From contig UYFQ01000023.1 of assembly GCA_900617105.1 (NCBI GenBank), positions 620,001-684,000 on the forward strand: a DNA stretch of 64,000 bases. The letters are read 5' to 3'. Positions within the stretch are counted from its first letter, which is position 1; each line of letters begins with the position of its first letter. The position numbers were made by a program, and so were the translations under genes. The notes beneath the pieces were generated by a model. It did no database searches. It had not been told where the DNA came from and saw nothing but the letters and a program-made list of their open reading frames with translations. This document shows positions 20,874-32,707 of the stretch, piece after piece. This stretch comes from Hydrurus foetidus (taxonomy: Eukaryota).

Positions 20874-21998
20874 TTACTTTTTACGTTCTAGGCTCTGCGC
20901 AAACACCAGCAAAGTCGGCGTGGGCACCTCGCCCAGCACTGTCAACCACCAGTCGCCGTCTTTGTCGCGCAGATGCTTTGTGAGCGACTGGGTAGCGCCC
21001 AGGGCTTGCAGGTTTTCTTGCAGATGGCGCTGCCGGTCGTACATTTCAAGAAACAGCGACACCGTGGCCAAGCCGTCTGAAAAAACCCACTGCATGGCGC
21101 TGTTTGCGCTGTCTTTAGCCGCACCGGGCACAGCTGCTTCCATCGCCCGTTTGAAGCAACTGATGGATTTGAACCCCGGCACGGCGGCTTTCAAGGCCCA
21201 ACCCTCGGTAGCGGCGGTGGTCTTGACGACTTCGGTCTTTTCGACGCGGTAGCCCTCGGTATTCGCCATCATTTGGGCCAGCTTGTCCATTTTGACGGGG
21301 GCATCGAGTTGCAGCTCTGAAAACGCCGATTGCTCAATCACTCGGCCCTCGGTGTCCAGCGTTTGGAGCTTGATGACCAGACCCGTTTTTTTCTCACTCC
21401 ACACGCGGTAGCCAAAGCGCAGTTTGTCTTTGGGGGTAATGTTCACCACATCGGCTTCGTGGCCTGCAGCGCGATCGGTAGCGACGGCACGGGCAGCATA
21501 GAACTCGGCAATCGACGAATCCCCGGCACGGAACAAATTGGGGAACATGCCGAACGAGTCCCGCTTTTCAGCCCGTGCCAGTTTGAGGGCGGGCACAAAC
21601 GTCACCACATCGTCGTTGCGGCGCAGTGTGGTCCGAGCGATGCCGTTCATGGCATCTACACGCTCCATTTGCTGATCGCCATCGCACACATGCCAAATGC
21701 GCGATGTTGACAAATTGCCCAGCGCAGACGACACCACAAAGGTGCCCATATAGGCTCGTTTGCTAGAGGCATTGTGCATGCGCATCAGCCAATCGCTGAC
21801 GCTGCGCTGCTCAGGCAGGGTCTGCGGTGATGCGGTTGGCGTGGCGCTGACAAGGGGAGCAGAGGTCTGCGCTGAAGCTGTGTAACTCGCTACTGAAATA
21901 ATAGCTGCTACAACCCACCCATATTGCACAGAAGGCCAATATGGTGCTGAAAAAGGTATGAAATCACGCATAGAAGGAGTCGTCCACAGCGCCATCAA
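20874..21998 (-). CDS. rseB: RseB/MucB sigma-E regulator
   Basis: PKD.LRFGY and FSDGLATVSLF motifs; synteny. Confidence 0.9.
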   Translation of the reverse strand: MMALWTTPSMRDFIPFSAPYWPSVQYGWVVAAIISVASYTASAQTSAPLVSATPTASPQTLPEQRSVSDWLMRMHNASSKRAYMGTFVVSSALGNLSTSRIWHVCDGDQQMERVDAMNGIARTTLRRNDDVVTFVPALKLARAEKRDSFGMFPNLFRAGDSSIAEFYAARAVATDRAAGHEADVVNITPKDKLRFGYRVWSEKKTGLVIKLQTLDTEGRVIEQSAFSELQLDAPVKMDKLAQMMANTEGYRVEKTEVVKTTAATEGWALKAAVPGFKSISCFKRAMEAAVPGAAKDSANSAMQWVFSDGLATVSLFLEMYDRQRHLQENLQALGATQSLTKHLRDKDGDWWLTVLGEVPTPTLLVFAQSLERKK

Positions 21999-22639
21999 CG
22001 TCCCGTGACCTCGAAAGTAGCGTTACGCAAAAAACCTGAAGGCGCTTGCAAGGCAGAGGTGCCACCAAACTGCTTGTGCGCGGCGAGCAATGCATCGAGG
22101 TGGGCATCGCGGATCATCACTTGGGGTTGGCCATTCGCACCGGTGGGCCCATCCGTTGAGACAACCGCTGTCACCATAGGCACAGCCTGCGTGAAGGCCA
22201 GGGTTTGACCGGAGCTGGCATTCAAACTGCCCATCAAGTTCCAACCTACCGCCGCCACAGCCGCCATAGAGGCGAAACCTGCCACCAGCTTCCAGCGAAA
22301 GACAGCATGGTTAGCGGCTTCGTCCACCTTCACAGAACGCACCACAACGGGCTGCTGAACCACAGGCAAAGGTACAACAGCTTGAAGGGCTGGCTGGGGA
22401 ACGTACAGAGTCTCCGTCTGTAGCCGAGCTTGAAAACGGGTCATGAAACCGGCGCTGACGCTGCAATGCACCAAATCCGGCGAGCGCAGCGCGTCCCCTA
22501 CCAAGTGGTAGGCATGCCATGTCGCGCGGGCATCGGCATCGTGTACCGTGGCCTCAACGGCGCAAGCAAAGTCGTCGTCAAACAAGTGACCATCAGCCAA
22601 GGCCGACACCCGTTCGCGGTTTTTCAAAATGTTGTCCAT
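21995..22639 (-). CDS. rseA: Anti-sigma-E factor RseA/MucA
   Basis: ERVSALADG and W..YHLVGDALR motifs, TM segment; probable start 22639. Confidence 0.9.
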   Translation of the reverse strand: MDNILKNRERVSALADGHLFDDDFACAVEATVHDADARATWHAYHLVGDALRSPDLVHCSVSAGFMTRFQARLQTETLYVPQPALQAVVPLPVVQQPVVVRSVKVDEAANHAVFRWKLVAGFASMAAVAAVGWNLMGSLNASSGQTLAFTQAVPMVTAVVSTDGPTGANGQPQVMIRDAHLDALLAAHKQFGGTSALQAPSGFLRNATFEVTGR

Positions 22640-22719
22640 GCGGTTCAATCCCAGTTCGCCTTCACTACCATCATCTACTTTGCCTGACACCTTGGCCACC
22701 TTTGCCACCTTTGCCACAA

Positions 22720-23445
22720 CTACCATCGCTTGCCCGACTGGTTTTCCAGCAAGGGTTTGACTTTGGCCGATACCGCCTCGCGCGCCCGAAAAATGCGTGA
22801 GCGCACAGTACCTATCGGGCAGTTCATCGTTGTTGCAATCTCTTCATAAGTCCAACCTTCGATTTCCCGCAGCGTCAAGGCTTGGCGCAGTTCTTCGGGT
22901 AAAGACTGCAAGGCGGCATTGACCACTGCTGCAATTTCTTTGGCGGCGAGCACCATCTCAGGTGTCTCGGTCGTGGTTTGTTCGCTTTTGGGCCGGTAAG
23001 TTTCATCGTCGTCATCAGCCGCTTGCAAAGCGCTCTCAAAAACCAGCGGATCGCGCTTGAGATCAAACAGGGCTTTCTTGGCGGTGTTCACGGCAATACG
23101 GTACAGCCAGGTGTAAAACTGCGCGTCGCCCCGGAAATTGGGCAGGGCACGGTAAGCACGAATGAAGGTCTCTTGGGCGATGTCTTCCACCAAATCGACA
23201 TCGCGCACCATGCGGGCAATCAGGCGTTCAATACGGCGCTGGTATTTGATAACGAGCAGCTCGAAAGCCCGCTGATCGCCAGCCACGGTACGCGCCACCA
23301 GCATCAAGTCAGAATCGGCAGCGGAAGAACGGGTGCCTGCCATGACGGTCGGCAAGCCTTCGCCAACGGGAAAAGGCGGCGTACCCGCCAAAGAGGAAGC
23401 AGGCGCAGAGGCGGAATCAGGAGGCGTGGACGTTGTATCGCTCAT
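22720..23445 (-). CDS. rpoE: RNA polymerase sigma factor RpoE
   Basis: AFELLVIKYQ, FYTWLYRIAVNTAK and GTVRSRIFRARE motifs. Confidence 0.97.
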   Translation of the reverse strand: MSDTTSTPPDSASAPASSLAGTPPFPVGEGLPTVMAGTRSSAADSDLMLVARTVAGDQRAFELLVIKYQRRIERLIARMVRDVDLVEDIAQETFIRAYRALPNFRGDAQFYTWLYRIAVNTAKKALFDLKRDPLVFESALQAADDDDETYRPKSEQTTTETPEMVLAAKEIAAVVNAALQSLPEELRQALTLREIEGWTYEEIATTMNCPIGTVRSRIFRAREAVSAKVKPLLENQSGKRW

Positions 23446-23927
23446 AACTTAGGATGTGTGCCCCCGTACAACGTGTCAGGTGTGAGCTTGGTGGTCATGG
23501 TGGCGGGCGAATATACCGCACAGCGCAAAGCCTGCCATTGTGTCGGCTGCTGCGATGCGCTCATCCACAGCCAGAGTGACGCGCCCAGCACCGGTGTGAA
23601 TTGAAGCAGCAGGCCACGTTGCCAGTCCAGACGCACATGAATACGGCCCTCGGTTTGCTGCTGTTGCAGGTCAGTCCACACCCATTGCCCCAATGGGTTC
23701 ATCGTCCAACCCAGAAAGCCTTGTGGCGATGAGCCCCAAGCATTCAGCGCAAATCCACCGGTGATGAGCAACACGCCAAGACACAGTCCTTGTCGCCACG
23801 AAATGCTATCAACGACATAGCACCATACGCTGATTGTGCAAGCACCAGCCAGCCAAACAGCCGCTAAAACACAGCCGTAAACGGCAGAACGCCCCACAGC
23901 GTAAGAAACGGGTGGGGCGTGGTGCAT
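23442..23927 (-). CDS. Membrane protein upstream of rpoE (YgfX-like)
   Basis: Two TM helices and a C-terminal W..LR motif; overlaps the rpoE start; family tentative. Confidence 0.6.
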   Translation of the reverse strand: MHHAPPVSYAVGRSAVYGCVLAAVWLAGACTISVWCYVVDSISWRQGLCLGVLLITGGFALNAWGSSPQGFLGWTMNPLGQWVWTDLQQQQTEGRIHVRLDWQRGLLLQFTPVLGASLWLWMSASQQPTQWQALRCAVYSPATMTTKLTPDTLYGGTHPKL

Positions 23928-24000
23928 ATAGGCTGAGTAAAGACTGAACAACCCCGCAGGCCGCAACCCACTGGGCAGGGTTCACTCTAGGTTAGGTTCG

Positions 24001-25544
<1,544 letters not shown>

Positions 25545-25624
25545 CTAAACGGAACCAGTGACAGCCATTGCTGACCGTCATTTTCAATTCAAGTTATCAA
25601 CTCAAAAACAAGATTTAACAAGGC

Positions 25625-26389
25625 TTAAGCCATGAACATACCACCGTTGACATGCAACTCTTGCCCCGTCACGTAAGCGGCTTGCGGGCTCGCCAGATAG
25701 GCCACCGCATGTGCAATGTCTTGTGGACGACCGAGTTTACCCAGTGGAATTTGCGTCAGCAAAGCCGTTTGCTGCGCTTCGGGCAAGCCTGCGGTCATGT
25801 CGGTCGCGATAAAACCAGGGGCCACGCAGTTGACGGTGATGTTGCGGCTGGCCAATTCACGCGCCAGGCCTCGGGTCATGCCCGCCACACCGGCCTTGGC
25901 CGCTGCGTAATTGGCCTGACCTGCGTTGCCCGATGCGCCCACCACCGAGGTGATGTTGACGATGCGGCCATAGCGTTGCTTCATCATGGGGCGCATCACG
26001 GCGCGACTCATGCGGAAAACGGCTTTAAGGTTGGTGTCCATCACCGCGTCCCAGTCGTCGTCTTTCATGCGCATGGCCAAACCGTCGCGGGTGATACCGG
26101 CGTTGTTGACCAGCACATGCAACGCACCGTGGGTTTTAATGAGGTTGTCGATCAGGCTGTCCACCGCAGCGGCATCGGTCACATTCAGGTTGGCACCCCG
26201 GCATTGAGGCGACGCACCGGGTACATCCGCTAAAGCAGCGGTGATCTTGGACGCGCCTTCATCGCTGGTAGCGGTGCCTATCACGGTCAAGCCACGGGCA
26301 GCCAATTCATGGGCGATGGCCGCACCTATGCCGCGCGATGCACCTGTGACCAGGGCGATTTGGCCTTCAAATTTCAATTCAATACTCAT
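25625..26389 (-). CDS. fabG: 3-oxoacyl-ACP reductase
   Basis: TGASRGIG, NNAGITRD and YAAAK motifs. Confidence 0.96.
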   Translation of the reverse strand: MSIELKFEGQIALVTGASRGIGAAIAHELAARGLTVIGTATSDEGASKITAALADVPGASPQCRGANLNVTDAAAVDSLIDNLIKTHGALHVLVNNAGITRDGLAMRMKDDDWDAVMDTNLKAVFRMSRAVMRPMMKQRYGRIVNITSVVGASGNAGQANYAAAKAGVAGMTRGLARELASRNITVNCVAPGFIATDMTAGLPEAQQTALLTQIPLGKLGRPQDIAHAVAYLASPQAAYVTGQELHVNGGMFMA

Positions 26390-26402
26390 ATCGTCATGTC
26401 TC

Positions 26403-27356
26403 TTACCGGCAGAGTGCGGTCTTGGTTTCAGCCAGGGAGGCGGGGTCATACAAAGCCAGCCCGGTTAATTCAGCATCAATGCGCTTGCACATGCCAGCCA
26501 GCACTTTGCCGGGGCCACATTCCACCAAAGTCAGCAGACCACGGTTTTTCAAAGCCTGCACACATTCCACCCAGCGCACCGGGCCAAAGGCTTGGCGGAA
26601 AAGGGCATCGCGGATGCGGTCAAGATCGGTCTCTACGGTCACGTCAATGTTGTTAATGACCGGAATTTGCGGTGCCAAGAGCGTCACGCTGGCCAATTTT
26701 TCACGCAACTTATCAGCGGCAGGACGCATCAGCAGCGAATGGAACGGTGCCGACACCGGCAAAGGCAAGGCACGTTTGGCCCCCAGTGCTTTGAGGTGGA
26801 TGCACGCTTGCTCAACCGCCGCCTTGCTGCCTGAAATCACCGTTTGCGCGGGATCATTGAAATTAGCAGCGACCACCGATTCAGAAGAATTTAGGTCGTA
26901 TCCGCTGTTCACATCAGCGCAACCAGCTATTACTTTTGCAGCATCCATACCCAAAATAGCAGCCATGGCACCTGCGCCCACCGGCACCGCATCTTGCATG
27001 GCAGCCGCACGAAAACGCACCAGCGGCACGGCATCGGCCAGCGTCAGCACGCCGGACGCGACCAAAGCCGAGTATTCACCCAAAGAATGGCCCGCCACAG
27101 CGGAGGGGGCTAGCCCCGTTTCAGCCATCCAGACGCGGTAAGCTGCAATGGCGGCCACCAGCATCACAGGTTGGGTATTGGTGGTCAGTGCCAAAGCCTC
27201 TTTGGGGCCAACGCGCACCAATGTGGCGAGGTCTTCACCCAATGCCTCTGAGGCTTCGGCCAAGGTTTGCGCGACCACAGGGTGATTGCCCCACGCATCC
27301 AACATGCCCACAGACTGCGAGCCTTGGCCGGGAAAGATAAAAGCAAAGGTTGACAT
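26403..27356 (-). CDS. fabD: Malonyl-CoA:ACP transacylase
   Basis: FPGQGSQ, GHSLGEY and VSAPFHS motifs. Confidence 0.97.
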   Translation of the reverse strand: MSTFAFIFPGQGSQSVGMLDAWGNHPVVAQTLAEASEALGEDLATLVRVGPKEALALTTNTQPVMLVAAIAAYRVWMAETGLAPSAVAGHSLGEYSALVASGVLTLADAVPLVRFRAAAMQDAVPVGAGAMAAILGMDAAKVIAGCADVNSGYDLNSSESVVAANFNDPAQTVISGSKAAVEQACIHLKALGAKRALPLPVSAPFHSLLMRPAADKLREKLASVTLLAPQIPVINNIDVTVETDLDRIRDALFRQAFGPVRWVECVQALKNRGLLTLVECGPGKVLAGMCKRIDAELTGLALYDPASLAETKTALCR

Positions 27357-27394
27357 CTTGTTACGCTGTTACGCGCCGTTCAATTTTCTAATTT

Positions 27395-28384
27395 TTAATA
27401 CTTCAAGAGCACAGCGCCCCAGGTAAAACCACCGCCTACGCCTTCCAGCATCAGCGTGTCACCTGATTGAATACGCCCGCTGCGCACGGCATGGTCTAAA
27501 GCCAGCGGAATCGACGCGGCGGACGTGTTGCCATGCTGGTCGACCGTGACAATGACTTTTTCCAAAGGCAATTTAAGCCGCTTGGCGGTGCTTTGCATGA
27601 TGCGGATGTTCGCCTGGTGCGGAATCAACCAGTCAATGTCTGCGGTGGTCTTGCCCACTTTGTCCAGCGTGGCACGGGCTGCATCTTCCAATACGCCCAC
27701 GGCCAACTTGAAAACGGCTTGACCGTCCATCGTGAGCAAGGGACTGCCCAACACTTTGCCGCCAGACACCGTGCCTGGTACGCACAAAATGCCCGCATGT
27801 TTACCATCGGCGTGCAAATCGCTGGCCAAAATACCGGGGCCGCTGCCATCGTGTTCACAGGCTTCCAGCACCACAGCACCTGCGCCATCACCAAACAGCA
27901 CGCAAGTGGTGCGGTCCGTGAAATCGAGAATGCGGGAAAACACTTCAGCGCCAATCACCAAAGCTTTGGTGGCAGCACCCGTTTGGATCATGGCATCAGC
28001 CACCACCAAGGCATACACAAAACCACTGCACACAGCTTGCACGTCAAACGCAGCACCACCAGGAGCACCCAGCTTGTGCTGCAAGATGCAAGCAGCAGAC
28101 GGGAAGACCATATCAGGTGTTGACGTGGCAACGATGATGAGATCAATGTCGGTGGGCAGCAAACCTGCGGCATCCAAGGCACGCTTGGCAGCCTCCAAAC
28201 CCAAGTCACTGCAACACACGTCTGGTGCCGCAAAGTGCCGGGCACGGATGCCGGTGCGCTCAACGATCCAATCATCGCTCGTCTCTACGCCTTGGGTTGC
28301 CAGTTCGGCAGCAAGATCGGCATTGGTGAGGCGGCGGGGGGGCAGGTAACTGCCTGTACCAGTGATGCGGGCGTAACGTCTCAT
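27395..28384 (-). CDS. fabH: 3-oxoacyl-ACP synthase III
   Basis: AVCSGF, PHQAN and GNTSAASIP motifs. Confidence 0.97.
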   Translation of the reverse strand: MRRYARITGTGSYLPPRRLTNADLAAELATQGVETSDDWIVERTGIRARHFAAPDVCCSDLGLEAAKRALDAAGLLPTDIDLIIVATSTPDMVFPSAACILQHKLGAPGGAAFDVQAVCSGFVYALVVADAMIQTGAATKALVIGAEVFSRILDFTDRTTCVLFGDGAGAVVLEACEHDGSGPGILASDLHADGKHAGILCVPGTVSGGKVLGSPLLTMDGQAVFKLAVGVLEDAARATLDKVGKTTADIDWLIPHQANIRIMQSTAKRLKLPLEKVIVTVDQHGNTSAASIPLALDHAVRSGRIQSGDTLMLEGVGGGFTWGAVLLKY

Positions 28385-28451
28385 TGTGTGGGTGGTGCCA
28401 AAGCAGCTTGCAGAGGGATGAGCCCCGTCAAACGGCCCAAGCGGACTGTCT

Positions 28452-29522
28452 TTAATAGGGAATCGCTTGAGGAAGTAAGCTGATGGACAAAGGGGCTTCT
28501 TGCGTCAGCGGCAGAACTGTCAACAGCGGTGCAGCGTGGGCAATACGGACTCTCACTTTCTCCAGCAGGTCGTTTCGGGCTGCATCATACGCCCGGTTTA
28601 AAGCTTGCTCAAAACCATAGCTGTCCGCTGAACCATGACTCTTCAAAACCAAGCCTCGCAGGCCCAACAAAGGTGCGCCGTTGTAACGACGGTGGTCAAT
28701 GCGGTTTTTAAGTGCTTTTAGAACAGGATAAGCAACGATAGCGCCCAATTTGGTCAATATATTGCGCTTGAACTCAACCTTGAGCAAATCAACAATCATC
28801 GTGGCAACACCCTCCCCCACCTTGAGCGCCACATTGCCGACAAACCCATCACACACCACGATCTCGGTAGTGCCCTTGAAGATGTCATTGCCTTCGACAT
28901 TGCCATAAAAATTCAAATCACCCGTATTGCCAGCAGTTCGCAGCAATTGGGCGCTTTTTTTGATATTTTCATTGCCTTTAATGACTTCTTCGCCGATGTT
29001 GAGCAAGCCCACGCTAGGGTTATCGTTGCCAGTCAACACCGAGACAAAGGCCGAACCCATCACCGCGAATTGCAGCAGGTGCTCAGGTGTGCAGTCCACA
29101 TTGGCCCCCACATCCAGCACCGTGGTGGATTCGCCTTTGGCATTGGGGATGCTGGCTGCGAACGCAGGACGGTCAATACCCTCCACTGTTTTTAGCAAGT
29201 AGCGCGACAGCGCCATCAGCGCACCTGTATTGCCAGCCGATACCGCTGCGGCGGCCTTACCCTCTTTCACCTGCTGAACAGCCACGCGCATTGAAGAATC
29301 CTTCTTCTTGCGCATGGCAACCTCCACCGGATCATCCATCCCCACCACCTCAGTGGCATGAATGTGCGTAGCACGGGGGTGCGCAAACGCACTCAGGCTG
29401 GCGGGCAAGCCGACCAGCAGCAATTGGGCATCGGGATGGTTGTCAAGAAACTGCCGACAAGCAGGCAGCGTGACCGTGGGGCCATGGTCGCCGCCCATGC
29501 AGTCGATGGAAAGCGTAATCAT
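28452..29522 (-). CDS. plsX: Phosphate acyltransferase
   Basis: IDCMGGD, SAGNTGA, CDGFVGN and KSHG motifs. Confidence 0.96.
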   Translation of the reverse strand: MITLSIDCMGGDHGPTVTLPACRQFLDNHPDAQLLLVGLPASLSAFAHPRATHIHATEVVGMDDPVEVAMRKKKDSSMRVAVQQVKEGKAAAAVSAGNTGALMALSRYLLKTVEGIDRPAFAASIPNAKGESTTVLDVGANVDCTPEHLLQFAVMGSAFVSVLTGNDNPSVGLLNIGEEVIKGNENIKKSAQLLRTAGNTGDLNFYGNVEGNDIFKGTTEIVVCDGFVGNVALKVGEGVATMIVDLLKVEFKRNILTKLGAIVAYPVLKALKNRIDHRRYNGAPLLGLRGLVLKSHGSADSYGFEQALNRAYDAARNDLLEKVRVRIAHAAPLLTVLPLTQEAPLSISLLPQAIPY

Positions 29523-29542
29523 GTGAAGGGTTCCCACAAAAG

Positions 29543-29580
29543 AAAAAGCCCTTTGCTACAGGGACTGTAGCGCCGGGCCT
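29543..29580 (-). terminator. Probable hairpin/terminator after rpmF
   Basis: GCTACAG-GGA-CTGTAGC stem with outer GCCC/GGGC pairing and a U-tract on the minus strand. Confidence 0.55.
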
Positions 29581-29598
29581 TGGTGTTGGAGCGAAGAG

Positions 29599-29781
29599 TT
29601 ACGCTTCAGATTTGTTCTTCAGCACTTGGCGACCACGGTAAAAACCGGTGGGGCTGATGTGGTGACGCAGATGGGTTTCGCCTGTGGTGGACTCTACAGC
29701 GATGCCTGGCACCACCAAAGCGTTGTGCGAACGGTGCATACCGCGCTTGGAGGGAGATTTTTTGTTTTGTTGAACTGCCAT
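29599..29781 (-). CDS. rpmF: 50S ribosomal protein L32
   Basis: [20 protein letters not shown]-terminus. Confidence 0.98.
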   Translation of the reverse strand: MAVQQNKKSPSKRGMHRSHNALVVPGIAVESTTGETHLRHHISPTGFYRGRQVLKNKSEA

Positions 29782-29960
29782 GATGGGCTCCTGATCTTCA
29801 GTAAGTGGGTGAAATGCGCCTTTACTGAAGTTTGCTGCCCATATTTTATGGTCACACTCACAAACCCCAAGCTCTCTGCGCCTAGCCCATGATTATAGCG
29901 CGACTGAACATGAACAGCCAAATTTGCGTTAGCGAGTCGTAAAAGCAATCTGCACTGCAC

Positions 29961-30875
29961 TCAGGTTTCAGCAAACAAATCCAGCAAAGTTTGCCGCATC
30001 CAGCGGTTGCTGGGGTCGGTTTCAAAGCGCCGACTCCAGTGCAGCAACACGGTAAAGCTGTAAACCGGCATCTCAGGCTCAACGATGGCGTAGCCACCTG
30101 CATTGACAAACCCCTGCGCAATGTTGAGAGGCATGACCACACCCAAATCCGTTTCTTTAACAATGGCAGGCAGCGCCAAAAAATGTGCAGCCGTCAGGCG
30201 CAAGCGGTCATCCAGTTTGAGCAGCTGCAAAATGCGCAAGGTTTCCGAATGCGACCGCACCGCCACATAGTCCAGCGAGTTCAACGCAGCGAAAGCCAAA
30301 GGCATCACTGGCTGGCCCGGTGGGTGACCACTGAAAACAGGGTGCCCTGCACGCAGCAACACGATGTAGCGGTCGGTCAACAACTTGGCGCGTTGCGTAT
30401 CGGTAACAGACGGTAAAAACCCCAGGGCGAAGTCAATTTTTCCCGCGTCCAGCGCCGTCGCCACGTCGGCGTGCGGTAACGGTAACGACTCCAGACGGAT
30501 ACCCGGCGCTTGCTCGTGCAGCACCGCCATCAGACGCGGCAAAAACCGCGCTTCGCCAATGTCACTCAAATGCAGCCGAAACGTCTTGCGCGACTGGGCC
30601 GGATCGAACTGGCTGGCCTCACCCAGCGCTTGTTCCAGTGTTCCCAGCGCCTGCTGCACGGCCACCGCCAGCCGATCTGCGCGCGGCGTTGGCGCTACAC
30701 CGCCGGGGGCTCGCACAAACAAGGCATCGCCCAGCAGCAGGCGAAGCCGCGTCAGCCCTTGGCTGGCCGCAGGCTGGGTCAAGCCCAAACGCTCGGCCGC
30801 CCGGCTGACATTGCGCGTGCCGTAGACCGCATCAAACACCCGTAACAAATTCAAGTCAACATCATTGATATGCAT
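29961..30875 (-). CDS. LysR-type regulator (NahR/DntR-like)
   Basis: DLNLLRVF...NVSRAAERLGLTQPAAS HTH; probable start 30875; divergent from mdlC. Confidence 0.92.
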   Translation of the reverse strand: MHINDVDLNLLRVFDAVYGTRNVSRAAERLGLTQPAASQGLTRLRLLLGDALFVRAPGGVAPTPRADRLAVAVQQALGTLEQALGEASQFDPAQSRKTFRLHLSDIGEARFLPRLMAVLHEQAPGIRLESLPLPHADVATALDAGKIDFALGFLPSVTDTQRAKLLTDRYIVLLRAGHPVFSGHPPGQPVMPLAFAALNSLDYVAVRSHSETLRILQLLKLDDRLRLTAAHFLALPAIVKETDLGVVMPLNIAQGFVNAGGYAIVEPEMPVYSFTVLLHWSRRFETDPSNRWMRQTLLDLFAET

Positions 30876-30971
30876 ATTTCTAATACTACTTAGTTCGATT
30901 ATTTTATTGACTGATGATGCTACAAAAATGAAGATACCCGTTGACCCCTGAACCCGTTCTTTACCGTTCTG

Positions 30972-32609
30972 ATGGCTTGGAAACGCCAAATGCCCACGAC
31001 TGACATGACCAATACCCTGCCCCACAACACCACAACCACCGTACGCGAAGCCGTGCTCGACCTGCTGCGCGCCTTCAACATGACCACGATTTTCGGCAAC
31101 CCTGGCTCGACCGAGCTGCCGTTGTTCCTCGATTTCCCTAGCGACTTTCGCTACATCCTCGGTTTGCAGGAATCCGTGGTGGTGGGCATGGCCGATGGCT
31201 ACGCCCAGGCCACGCACAACGCGTCGTTTGTCAACCTGCACTCCGCAGCGGGGGTGGGGCATGCCATGGGCAACATCTTCACGGCCCACAAAAACCGCAC
31301 GCCGATGGTGATCACGGCCGGCCAGCAGGCGCGCTCCATTCTGCCGTTTGACCCGTTTTTGTTCTCGAACCAGGCGACCGAGCTGCCCAAGCCCTACGTC
31401 AAATGGAGCATCGAGCCCGCCCGCGCCGAAGACGTACCGCTGGCCATTGCTCGCGCTTACTACATCGCCATGCAGCAGCCACGTGGCCCAGTTCTGGTGT
31501 CCATCCCCGCCGACGACTGGCAACGCCCTTGTGAACCGCTCTTGCCCCGCATGGTGAGCAACGAAACCCGCCCTGCCCCCCACACACTGGGCCTCGTTGG
31601 CGATACGTTAGACCAAGCTAAGCGCCCCGCCTTCGTAGTAGGTGCCGCCATTGACCGCGACCAAGCCTGGGACGCCGTGCTGGAACTGGCCGAGCGCCAC
31701 CATGCCACCGTCTGGGTCGCGCCGATGTCAGGCCGTTGCAGCTTTCCTGAAGACCATCGCCTTTTTGCAGGTTTCTTGCCAGCCATGCGCGAAAAAATCG
31801 TCGCACTGCTGAGCGGCCATGATGTGATCTTTGCCTTGGGGGCGCCAGCATTCACCTACCACGTCGAAGGTGCAGGGCCGCACCTGCCCACAGGGGCCAC
31901 GCTGGTGCAATTGATTGAAGACCCGCAGATCGCAGCCTGGGCCCCCACGGGCACTTCCGCAGTCGGTGGCATTCGCCTTGGTGTGCTGGACTTGCTCGCC
32001 CGCCCGCTACCGGCCAACGCTGCACAGCGCACGCTGCCTGCCCCCCGCGCCCAGCCACCCCGTGCTGAGCCCTCCCCCTTGATGTCAGTGGCTTTTGTTC
32101 TGCAAACCTTGGCGGAACTGCGCGCGCCAGAGTCCATCGTGGTCGAAGAAGCGCCCAGCGCACGGCCTGTCATGCACAACTACCTGCCCATCACGCAGAG
32201 CGGCACGTTCTACACCATGTGCAGCGGCGGCTTGGGCCACAGCATGCCCGCTGCGGTAGGCGTGGCACTGGCCCAGCCCGGTAAAAAAGTGATTGCACTG
32301 ATGGGCGACGGCTCCAGCCTGTATTCCATCCAGGCGCTGTGGAGTGCCGCTCAGCTCAAACTGCCCATCACCTTCATCATCCTGAAAAACCGCCGCTACG
32401 CCGCACTGCAAGAGTTCGCACCTACCTTTGGCTTCAAGCAAGGCGAAACCTTGCAAGGCACAGACCTGCCCGAAATCGACTTCACTGCGCTGGCCCGTGG
32501 TCAAGGCTGTGCGGCGGTGACGGTCAGTGACCCGGCACTGCTGGCAGATGTATTGCGCGATGCCCTAACCGCAGCCCAACCCACGCTGGTGGAAGTGGAC
32601 GTGGCTTGA
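30972..32609 (+). CDS. mdlC: Benzoylformate decarboxylase (ThDP-dependent)
   Basis: FGNPGSTELP, LQE..VVGMADGYAQ, NLHSAAG and GDGS...N motifs; start may be 30990 or 31005. Confidence 0.88.
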   Translation: MAWKRQMPTTDMTNTLPHNTTTTVREAVLDLLRAFNMTTIFGNPGSTELPLFLDFPSDFRYILGLQESVVVGMADGYAQATHNASFVNLHSAAGVGHAMGNIFTAHKNRTPMVITAGQQARSILPFDPFLFSNQATELPKPYVKWSIEPARAEDVPLAIARAYYIAMQQPRGPVLVSIPADDWQRPCEPLLPRMVSNETRPAPHTLGLVGDTLDQAKRPAFVVGAAIDRDQAWDAVLELAERHHATVWVAPMSGRCSFPEDHRLFAGFLPAMREKIVALLSGHDVIFALGAPAFTYHVEGAGPHLPTGATLVQLIEDPQIAAWAPTGTSAVGGIRLGVLDLLARPLPANAAQRTLPAPRAQPPRAEPSPLMSVAFVLQTLAELRAPESIVVEEAPSARPVMHNYLPITQSGTFYTMCSGGLGHSMPAAVGVALAQPGKKVIALMGDGSSLYSIQALWSAAQLKLPITFIILKNRRYAALQEFAPTFGFKQGETLQGTDLPEIDFTALARGQGCAAVTVSDPALLADVLRDALTAAQPTLVEVDVA

Positions 32610-32624
32610 CCGCGAGCACAAACG

Positions 32625-32679
32625 AAATCAGTCTTCTGTGCAATACCAGCAAGCACAAAAAGCTACGTTATTTATAGCA
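32625..32679 (+). repeat. Dispersed GCTA-N9-TAGC element, intergenic copy
   Basis: AAATCAGTCTTCTGTGCAATACCAGCAAGCACAAAAAGCTACGTTATTTATAGCA; perfect core at 32662-32678. Confidence 0.7.
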
Positions 32680-32707
32680 AAACCCTCATTATTCCCAGAA
32701 GTACACC

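Noticed and set aside
22691..22720. 9-bp repeats (VAKVAKVAKV) extending the rseA ORF
   Set aside because: Likely intergenic slippage upstream of the probable start at 22639; no evidence of function.
29555..29571. GCTA-N9-TAGC match after rpmF
   Set aside because: The spacer is GC-rich and self-complementary and there is no tail; it is better explained as the rpmF hairpin, so it is not counted as an element copy.
29961..31583. 540-aa LysR ORF in the track (also the extended pdxJ ORF to 13651)
   Set aside because: The extensions overlap mdlC or recO; the recognisable domains begin at 30875 and 13411.
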